A DNA stretch of 63,935 bases, filler included, from Octopus bimaculoides (Eukaryota), in NCBI RefSeq assembly GCF_001194135.2. It is 5 parts of 5 records of this genome, joined end to end, with 100 filler letters (N's around TTAATTAATTAA, not from the genome) between each part and the next. Parts side by side here need not be neighbours in the genome. Positions count along the whole stretch, not along the records: positions 40,788 to 57,913 come from NC_068982.1; positions 58,014 to 62,718 come from NC_068985.1; positions 62,819 to 63,935 come from NW_026323445.1; 2 more parts are not named here. One strand, written 5' to 3'. The position numbers and the translations under genes are program-made. Within the stretch, counting starts at the first letter, position 1. Each line of letters opens with the position of its first letter. The notes beneath the pieces were generated by a model, which worked only from the letters and a program-made list of their open reading frames with translations, was not told the origin of the DNA and did not search any database. Positions 53,992-63,935 of the stretch are shown one piece after another.

Positions 53992-56900
53992 TTTTATATT
54001 AATCAACTTAATGCGATCATATCGCTGTTTTTCTATATTATTATTGTGATATATTGTTGTATTTAGTGTTTCATTTATTAACATTTATTAACTGCTGTCT
54101 CTTTGTATATTCTGTCTTACCTGTATTGGCAGTCAATTCTTTTATATATATATAATTTTTACTTTCAAAATGTACATTTTAGTATGTGTATTTGATTACT
54201 CGTGTCGCAAATTACGATGAGGCTGTGTGCTGTGCTGAGAATTTTCAACAAAGCGAAACGCATCCAAGGTTGTCTCCCCTGTTCACGTATGAAGATAATA
54301 TTCGTCACATACTCACATTTTTATATACATATATTCTAAATATACTTTGGTTTTTCATTCCATTAATCATTTAATGAAATATTGTTTTCAATTACATCAT
54401 TAAATTATTTTATGATTTTCATAGCAGTTGCTCATACAATTTTTAATCTACAAAAGTATCTGTATATATTCATGCATTTCTTTAGTTCATTAGCCTGTCT
54501 CAGTACATTCATTCTTTTATTCATTCGTATCATATCTCATCATTTGGCTTTTTTCAGCTGCACACTTAGATTACACTAAGATACATTTGTGGAAAACAGA
54601 TACAGTTTCTTGCAAAACTGGTATAGTATATTTACCATTCGTTTGGTGTCTGTGTATTTGTGAGAACAGCATGGATTTAGTGTCACTCTATATAAGCTGA
54701 AATAAAACTATTTCTGTACTTGTGTGTATTGTGTTTTATATCTGTTGCACGAGTTTGGTCAGCTTTTCATGTTGTGAAATCCCATCTAACATTTATAATT
54801 CTTCATCCTGAAACATTTTCATGCCATCAGAGATATAGACAAACTATACATTAGTTGTGATATCATATTGAATTTATTCTTTGTCAAAATTCACTTTTCA
54901 TGTGATTAATATTTATTTAATTTAAATTACATTTCCTGTGATCGATACTGGAGGCAGTCAAATTGTTCTTTCAATAATTTCTTCACAGTGTAAGACTTAC
55001 TTCACTTACGTTCTTAGTCTTGCCTATATGTGCACATACATAAATACATCCATACCTATAAAATACAACCCCTCCACACGGAGAGTTCAGGTCATGATTA
55101 TAGGAACAGTAAAAAAAATGTTTACTAAGTAAACTGCATAATGTTAAACTAAGTGGTAAATATATTATCTAAGGGTAAAGGGCTTTTATGATTTAACCTC
55201 TTATCTCTGAGGAAGTGCACTTAAAGTATTTTGTAGATATACCTCGATCTACTTAAAAGCCAATTTCTTGTTAAAGCTAAAATATATAAAAACGATAGAT
55301 TTATTATTTCCTGTGTTTTCAACATCTGAAATTAATCGCAGTGGAGGTTAAATACAATAATTAGGTGAGAAAATATCAAGAATTAGGTTACATTATTCTT
55401 TGATCACACAGACAAGGGGAACGATTCTGAACGTTTCTGAATAAGTAGTCTTCATCAGCTGATGCAGAGTCATCGATATTTGTGACTAGGATTGTAGTAA
55501 TTGTTTGACTATGTAGAAAATGTTGTTAGTAAAATAATATTGAGGAGCACCAGGAAATGCGGTTAATTAATAGTTTAATTATAAAGGGCTGCTGACCATA
55601 TATTTAAGTAGTAAAACATTGGACTTTAATATTTTAACAGCAGAAATTATCACAGGGATTAAATGGTGTAAAATGAGAAATTTATAAGGTTAATTAAAGC
55701 TAAAAAATTCTTTTTTTTTCTGTAAACGGGTGACAAGGGAGATAACTCTGAATTTTGTAAATTAATGTGAAGTTGAATGAAAGAGTTCGAGGTATCAGCT
55801 CTCGCTACTCTTAAGATTAAAAGCTATTGCCGAAGCCTGCACATGATTGCTTGGCCTGTTAGAAAGAACAGCCAAATAGTTCTTAACTTACATCATATCG
55901 TCTTTTAGAATAACATTGAATGATGCAGTTGGTTTTACACATTGCTTAAAAAAAAAAAAGAAAAAATGAAAACTTGGATAATCATGACCGAAATTGCCTT
56001 TGGTTATAGATCTCTTTAATGAGATACGAAATATAACTTCACATCAACACTTGAAACTTAGTAATGGAAACTTTCATTACCACCAGATAGTTTATAATCT
56101 ACATTCTACGTCGAGATCGAACATTGAGTCATTAACCATTAACAAACATTTCAAAGCCAAAATTTTTGTCAATGCCATTAGTTTTTTATATTTATTGACA
56201 AAAATTTCATAATTTCTAATCATGCCATTTCTTTCAACTCTACATGGCGCTTAAATTAAACTTCCATTTTTCATCAGAAAGAATACTTATGTCTCATACG
56301 ATATCAAATTTCATCGTGATTAAAAAAAATCAAGTTTTTATACATCTCAAATTCACATTGCATTTCAGACATGTGTAATTTGTTAAAAATCGTTTTCTAT
56401 GTAAATCTTAGTAATCTACTATTACTTTGATGGTAATAATTATTTGTAACATTATTGCAAATTTATCAATACTGTGCTGCAAATATTTTTTACACGAAAT
56501 ATTGCTATTGGTGGGCGATTACCTACTATAACTTGAATCTTATCCATCTGTAAATGTAATATACACTTATATGCGCATTCAGGTGTATATGTATGAGGAT
56601 ATACAAATTTAATAAGTAATTTTTTCTCTTTAGTCAATAACATATCTAATTATTCTCTTCCACTTATGAAAAAAGGAAAAGAAGGCCACAAATCACAGAC
56701 AGTTTTAATTACATACATGCATGCATACATACATACATACATACATACATACATCACACACACACACACACACACATACATACACACACACACACACGCG
56801 CACACACAGACACACTCGAGAAAGAAAGATATTGTTAATCTATATAACATATGGGAACAGCTGTGTCTAAATAATAAATAGGACTGTTTTTACAGAGCGA

Positions 56901-58013
56901 TGTAAATGAAAGTAGACACACAGACATATTTTAAGAACTGGTGACACATTTACAGTCACACATAGACACTACCCACTAACACAGTAGTAAAAAATGAAAT
57001 TAAAAAAAAGATAACTGAAAAGAAAATTGCACTTGGTAAAAATCAGACGTAAATTAAATTTTGAGAAGACAATAGTTTAAGAAAGAAACAAAGTGGTGAT
57101 GCTTATGCTTTGGAAAGATCGGTTTTATAACTAACATTTGTGGTACATTTTATTGCATTATGTCTCTCCTGCTGTTATTTTGTGCTATCATAACACCTTG
57201 TCACATTTACTAAATAAATTCTATTAACTGCACAACAGTATATCTGCTGTATTGTCTGTGCAACTCAGAAAGAATCGGCATATTTTCCCCACTATTTCCC
57301 GATTCGAAACTAATGTTGACAATCGGCAGTTTTGTTAATTTTAATTTAATTTCTGGTTTAAATTTAAGATAACATATGGATAAGGTATTTAGTCTTGGTG
57401 CTACATTTTCGTTTAAACTTTGTCTCCGATGAGGGAGATAAGCTATAGGTTATATATAATCATTAATTAAGAAGACTCAAGATGGGTTCTGTGAAATACT
57501 ATATTGAGAGATTTAAACTTTTAACAATTACTGTTATCTCCGCAACATTTTAGAACACTAAATGTAGGTTAGGTAAGAATGTTTACTGTGCAATTTGGAC
57601 GGTTAATATTTACTATTCAATTTAAACGGTTAATATTGGCAATTTCTTGGTGCAAAAGAAACTTAACTGGGAAGTAGTATTCGAAGTCAATGATTTCATA
57701 TAACATTGGGAGTCAAGGTTTTGGGATGCAAATTCATTCATCGAAGGGAGAGCCAAGGTATGAATATTAGGCATAAATGGAAGACATTTGTGGCAAGTGA
57801 TTCCCTAAAATGTATCAGTCACTCTTTAGAGAATATAACAGTGGCCCTTAACAGATTGGTGTGTTGTAGAATTAATGATAATATCTATGGATAAAATATA
57901 AGAATATATATATNNNNNNNNNNNNNNNNNNNNNNNNNNNNNNNNNNNNNNNNNNNNTTAATTAATTAANNNNNNNNNNNNNNNNNNNNNNNNNNNNNNN
58001 NNNNNNNNNNNNN

Positions 58014-58050
<37 letters not shown>

Positions 58051-58199
58051 GTATATATATATATAATAGTTCTGTGTGTATGTGCGCATAGAGGAAGACA
58101 GATAATATAATGAATGATTTATGTAACATCATTGGGATATTTACCGACAAAATACTCAGTACGCTTATATATAGTGTAAGTTTTATTTTTATAAATTAA

Positions 58200-58400
58200 A
58201 GTTGATAATGACTTTGATGTTTCGCCAGTGGTCGACTTTGTCAAGCAATGAATATTATAGTTACAGATGCCAGGTATAACTTATCCCAGAGTCGCATAAG
58301 CAGTCTTATTAGACCGTAGCTTATAAACACCCGTAAAAGATTCCCGCCAAAACTGATCCTTGCAAGACATTGAGCGGCAAAGAATCCAGTTCGTCTGAGT
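58200..58400 (-). mobile_element. Ancient LINE RT fragment (tentative)
   Basis: Minus-strand KLYLAS...GCTTGACAAAGTCGACCAC resembles AFDKVDH. Confidence 0.3.
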
Positions 58401-59059
58401 CTCATCCCACATCAAACCGCTACTTATTATTATACTTTACCCATTTACTTCCTCTCCAAACTCCTTAGTTGTGACTTTCCTGCACATGCTCACTTGGAAC
58501 ATTTTAAGCGAGATATTAACAGCATCAATGTCATCATTCTCGGAGTATCTGTAGAGATCAGGGACACTGTCTCTTATTCTAGATGCATTAAAATAAATAT
58601 CAAGTAAAGGAAGCCGTATCGATTTTTAGTATATTTCTATTGCTCTTTTACTAAAGGTAGCCATGAGATCACTCGGCTTACCCTCCAAGCTACCTCACTG
58701 CAAGATTTTGTCAAAGAAAAGTTCTTCAAAAGCTCTTCAACAGTTATCAGAACTGCGTCCAAATGTAACTCGGCTCTTCACAGTTTCGTCTCCAAAGTTA
58801 AGCCTACAAAAGAGAGGCAGAACATAAAACATACAAATACTATACCCATTATTACTCAGAATAGGTTGTCTCTATCCTCTCTGATTCATTTGTGTTTGAT
58901 CCTTTCGTCATTTATGCTTTATCCACCCACCAAATCCTGCAATAACAAGTACACCCACTTTTTTCTCTCGAAAATGTCGACTCCGGGTTTCTCTGCCTCC
59001 ACGTGGGCCCTGACGTACAAAAAGATAGATAAATCGATAGATAGGCAGCTAGATTAGGT

Positions 59060-59696
59060 TAGAAAGAAAGAAAGAAAGAAAGAAATAAAGAAATAAAGAA
59101 AGAAAGAATGAATGAATGAATGAATAAAAAATTAAAGGAAGAACGAATGAACGAATGAAAGAATGAATGAAGGAAGGAAGGAAAAATGAATGAATGGATG
59201 AATGAATGAAAGTAAGAATGAATGAATGAATGAATTAAAGAAAAAATGAATGACTGAACGAAAGAAAGAAAGAAAGAAAGAAAGAAAGAATGAATAAATG
59301 AATGAATGAATGAAAGAAAGAATGAATGATATGAAAGAATGAATGAATGAATGATTGAATGAAAGAAAGAAAAAAAAGAAGGAAGGAAAGAAAGAATGAA
59401 TGAATGAATGAAAGAATGAATGAATAAATGAATGAATGAATGAATGAATGAATGAAGGAAAGAATGAATGAATGTAAGAATGAATGAATGGCTGAATGAA
59501 AGAAAGAAAGAAAAAAGAAGGAAGGAAAGAAAGAATGACAGAATAAAAGAACGAAAGGAATTTGTTGCTAGATAGAGAGAGACGGGTGGAGAAAACAAAT
59601 AGATACAGAGGATGGGATTGTTGTTAAACAGACATGCAGTCAAAAGGCAGACGGACGAACGGACGGACGAGCGGACGGGTGGACAGACAGACAGGC

Positions 59697-59790
<94 letters not shown>
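59060..59790. repeat. (GAAA)/(GAAT)/(GACG)/(GACA)/(GATA)n compound microsatellite
   Basis: Direct reading. Confidence 0.92.
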
Positions 59791-59792
<2 letters not shown>

Positions 59793-60432
59793 TAAGAAGG
59801 TGATGAAGAAAGGTGGTGGAAGATTAAAGCAAAATGAAAGTAAAATGAAAGATATGGTTTGAAGGCAAAATATAGCTAGAAACAGAGATAGCGGCGTAGA
59901 GATGTTGTGGGAGATGAGTGCAAAAGAGCAGAAAAAATTGGACAAGAGGTAAGCAAGAGAATTATGGAGATAACGTATAGAGACGTAAAATAAAATGGGC
60001 AAAAAAACGGAGGGGAAAACTAACAAGAGAGAGAGAGAGCGAGAGGGAGAGAGAGAGAGAGAGAGATGAACTGAAAGAGACTGAGTTAAGTGAAAGTAGT
60101 GAAGAGGGTGTATTCAGATAAGAGATTGTAATAGGCTAAGAAAGAGAGACTAGGAGAGGGAAACTAAGAGAGAAAGAGAAATGAAAGACAGGGAAAGTAT
60201 GGCAGAGGGTAAGAGAGAAACACGGACTAGATGTGAGGGAGACAAGTATGAAAGAAAAGTACGAAACACAAGAGAGACAAAGTAAGAGAGAGTTTTGTGA
60301 GAGCGAGAAGAATTAGCATAGAAACAGAGAGAACAAGACAGAGACAGACGGACAGACAGACGATTAACAGGTAGAAGAAAGATCAAATGTGTAGGGTACC
60401 AAGATGGTAATGAAATAACGATACACAGATAC

Positions 60433-60472
<40 letters not shown>

Positions 60473-60861
60473 GGGCAGCGTACGATACAACGTGAGAAAT
60501 AATGATTATCATTACTGTTTTTGCTGTTGTTGTTGTATCACGAAAACATTCAGCTTTATTTTGCTGGGCATGATAGAATATGTGAGGTGTCCACAGCCAG
60601 CGAACTAAGGTGACACTTGTTTACCGATCATACTTCAAGAACCCAGCGGAGAACATCAAGTAATGATGATTTTTGTGTGTGTTCTATCTTTACATTTGTA
60701 CCAATCTCTTTAAGCCACTTTGATACTTGCGTACTGATACTTCCAAGCACACGAATTACTATTGGTATCACGACCGTGTTCTTCAAACAACCTGCATATT
60801 TCCCTCTTCAATTTATTATAGTTCGCTTTTTCTTTCTCTTCAAACCTGTTGTCACCAGGAC

Positions 60862-60899
60862 ATGAGGAGGAGGAGGAGGACGAGGAGGACGAGGACGAG

Positions 60900-60935
<36 letters not shown>
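60862..60935. repeat. (GAG)/(GAGGAC)n simple repeat
   Basis: Direct reading; explains the acidic ORF in the track. Confidence 0.9.
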
Positions 60936-60949
60936 AGTGATGTTATTTC

Positions 60950-61285
60950 AAATTTGTCACAGGGCCAGCATTTTTTGAGTGTATGGAGTAAATCAACCCC
61001 AGTACTTGTCGACTTTATCGACTCCGGAAGGATAAGATGTGAAGGCGACCTCGGCGGAAATTTGGCCGGCGTTCTAACGGTTCTTTTCTTTTCTACTGAA
61101 GGTACAAGGCCTTCAAATTTTGGGGAAAGGGACTAGTTGATTACATCAACTCCAGTGTTTCACTGGTACTTAATTTATCGACCCTGAAAAGATTAAAGGC
61201 AAAGTCGACCCCGGCGGAATTTCAACACAGAACATGAGGATTGGTGAAATGCGCCCGGCGTGCTAAAGATTTTGTCACCTCGCTG
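60950..61285 (-). mobile_element. Two tandem decayed SINE family B copies
   Basis: ..ATCGACTCCGGAAGG..GACCTCGGCGGAA.. and ..ATCGACCCTGAAAAG..AAAGTCGACCCCGGCGGAATT.. Confidence 0.8.
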
Positions 61286-61289
61286 CTGC

Positions 61290-61299
<10 letters not shown>

Positions 61300-61320
<21 letters not shown>

Positions 61321-61442
61321 TTTTATTTATTGGCCACAAGGACGAAACACAAAGCAAACCAGGACAATACAGCGCAAGGGACAAGTGGAACTTAATACAA
61401 CATTCGTGTATAAAATAAAATAAGACAATCAACAATAAAAAT
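61300..61442 (-). mobile_element. 3' end of a Tx1/L1-like LINE with a (TAC)n tail
   Basis: Minus strand CTGTATTGT...CCTTGTGGCCAATAAA followed by (TAC)n; similar to the terminus at 14705-14760; the rest lies in an N gap. Confidence 0.55.
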
Positions 61443-61605
61443 NNNNNNNNNNNNNNNNNNNNNNNNNNNNNNNNNNNNNNNNNNNNNNNNNNNNNNNNNN
61501 NNNNNNNNNNNNNNNNNNNNNNNNNNNNNNNNNNNNNNNNNNNNNNNNNNNNNNNNNNNNNNNNNNNNNNNNNNNNNNNNNNNNNNNNNNNNNNNNNNNN
61601 NNNNN

Positions 61606-61775
61606 GAAGAAGAAGAAGAAGAAGAAGAAGAAGAAGAAGAAGAAGAAGAAGAAGAAGAAGAAGAAGAAGATGGAGGAGGAGGACAAGGAGGAGGAGGAGG
61701 ACGAGGAGAAGAAGAAGAAGAAGAAGAAGAAGAAGAAGAAGAAGAAGAAGAAGAAGAAGAAGAAGAAGAAGAAAC
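61606..61775. repeat. (GAA)n / (GGA)n microsatellite
   Basis: Direct reading. Confidence 0.92.
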
Positions 61776-62659
61776 GAAACCTATAAGATATTCACACAAA
61801 TAATGTATAAAGATTGGTAAAGAATGTACGCTATAAAGAAGGGAACGAAACATTGATAACGATTTGAGAAAGAAATATACGCAAATACGCTTAGTACAAC
61901 ACAAACAACAACAAAAGCAAGATGACTACCAATATAACAATTATAATTTCTAGCAATAAAGAGTGACAGTATAGCAGGCGCCTATAGAATTTCACGATTG
62001 ATTCAGGAGGGAATCAGGCGAATAATAGAATTGATTCAAGATTGGTTATTGAATAACAGAATGGTTATTGAATAATAAACCTAACTCAATAGTATTATTT
62101 ATATTTGTTTAGTGCTTGGTCGTTTTGCATTCTTTTTGTGTTCTTCGGTTGGGGAGCGGGTCGCCGATTTTGTGTGTGTGTGATTTATTTTTTAAGGTGT
62201 GTAGCCATATTGTTATTGCTGCAACGATTACTTTCTCTCTCCCCTTCCCTATATATGTGTATTAAAGAGTGAGAGAGTGTGTGTGTGTGTTTGTATGCAT
62301 GTGTGTATGTGTGTGTGCCTGTTTCTGTATGTGCATTATGTGTGTGCATGTATATATGTATGTGTGTGTATATATACGTATATGTCTGTGTGTGTGTGTA
62401 TCGACAGATAGTTATATACATGTAGTATAATTTACATACAAATATATATATACATGCACGTGCATTGATATATATAAATATGCACACACTTTCAAATGCA
62501 AGGTACACACACATATTTGACATATACATATATATTATATATATTCATATATATATACATATATATGCATATATATATGTCCGTATATATATACATATAT
62601 ATACGTATATATGTGTGCATATATATATACATATATATGTACATATATATGTGTACATA

Positions 62660-62690
<31 letters not shown>

Positions 62691-62818
62691 GCGTATATAT
62701 ATATATATATATATATATNNNNNNNNNNNNNNNNNNNNNNNNNNNNNNNNNNNNNNNNNNNNTTAATTAATTAANNNNNNNNNNNNNNNNNNNNNNNNNN
62801 NNNNNNNNNNNNNNNNNN

Positions 62819-62861
<43 letters not shown>

Positions 62862-63526
62862 GACAGTAACAACAACAACAATAATAATAATATTAACCCT
62901 GAAAATCTGAAAGGTAATCAATATATGTGTGTAACTTTTCATTTTGTCCCATTCACGTTCGAAACTTTGATATTCGCAGTGTTGCTTGTGATTTCATATG
63001 TGAATATCCATATAAGAAATGATGATAATAATAACAACAACTATTACTGCAGCAGCAGCAGCAACGACAATACTGATAATATTATTAATAATAATAACAA
63101 CAACAATAATAATATTTCATTGCAAACTGACGCCAGCTCTGATTACAGAGAAGCTAGTCAAGCAATGAAGTTATTACAAGAAACTGCAAACCAATCAAAT
63201 CTATTTCTCACGTTGTTCAATACTTGTTTCTATAGAAAGGAAAGGAAATGAAGAAAAATTCACAAAATAGCTTCCACTTAAGAATATGATAAACAGAAAA
63301 CCGGTTTAAATCATTTATGTGCTGAAGCAGCTTTCGAAGATATTCTATCAAATCTTCGAGGCAATAAAACATCATCGATGAATATCTTACAGTCGGACAG
63401 GAACATATTCAGCGAATTTCTTACTTTAGTAATACCTATATTTACGGCCAATAAATAAGTATATCTCTCCGATTCATACGCTTATTTAAACCTGAAAAAG
63501 AAGTATTTCATTGATTTATATGAATT

Positions 63527-63581
<55 letters not shown>

Positions 63582-63935
63582 ATGCATGTATTAATATATA
63601 AGAAGGGAGAGAAAAGAGAGTGATAGAAAAATGTGTTGCATAAGTAGGCTCTTTCACTATTTCGCTCCAAGGTTGTAAGATAAAGTACAGGTAGCGAGTT
63701 AAATAGATGGATAGGGTTAGATTATATTCGGATCTGAAGTTCACTCACAGTTTCCACTTTATACCATGCCGTAAGGGCTCTATAACGGCGATGTATGTGA
63801 GAATATTTTAGGGTTCGCAACTGTCTCTACATGTTATGAGATAATGTTCGATATCTAATAGTTCTACGAAGTGATAATGTCTCTTATGAACGGGCTATGC
63901 TAAACAAATAATAAAACACAGATCTACCAGTAGCT

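Noticed and set aside
54215-54270. ACGAUGA..GC-GAAAC-GCAUC hammerhead-like string
   Set aside because: The core, stem I and stem III are all mismatched.
60849-61136. Acidic ORF MSPGHEEEEEDEED...
   Set aside because: A (GAG/GAC)n repeat running into SINE sequence; no splice or domain support.

Overview
AT-rich, microsatellite-dense animal genomic DNA with many N gaps. The SINE families are ones I recognise from Octopus, so the organism is inferred to be a coleoid cephalopod. No intact multi-exon host gene can be read. The window is mostly decayed mobile DNA: two internally deleted Helitrons, a Tx1/L1-clade LINE, two R4/Dong LINE fragments, several mariner elements and MITEs, a hAT-like transposase remnant, an LTR-less Gypsy pol, RTE and CR1/L2 scraps, and many tRNA-derived SINEs. 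One convincing Pol II core promoter (TATAAATA + Inr + GGTCACGTGA) fires on the minus strand at about 49.15 kb into a uORF and a short ORF rich in N-X-T sequons. The most interesting signal is non-coding: a dispersed set of Penelope-type minimal type I hammerhead-ribozyme folds in unrelated short repeats. Those at 6.7, 20.7 and 51.7 kb keep a full CUGAUGA...GAAA...NUH core; those at 13.1, 13.6, 31.0, 38.4, 50.7 and 55.4 kb are variant or decayed; most lie on the minus strand. A second notable signal is a 3' tail shared between a young-looking SINE and the Tx1-like LINE. Four TTAATTAATTAA islands inside N runs are assembly linkers, so continuity across them is uncertain. All folds and alignments were made by eye; no database searches were run.
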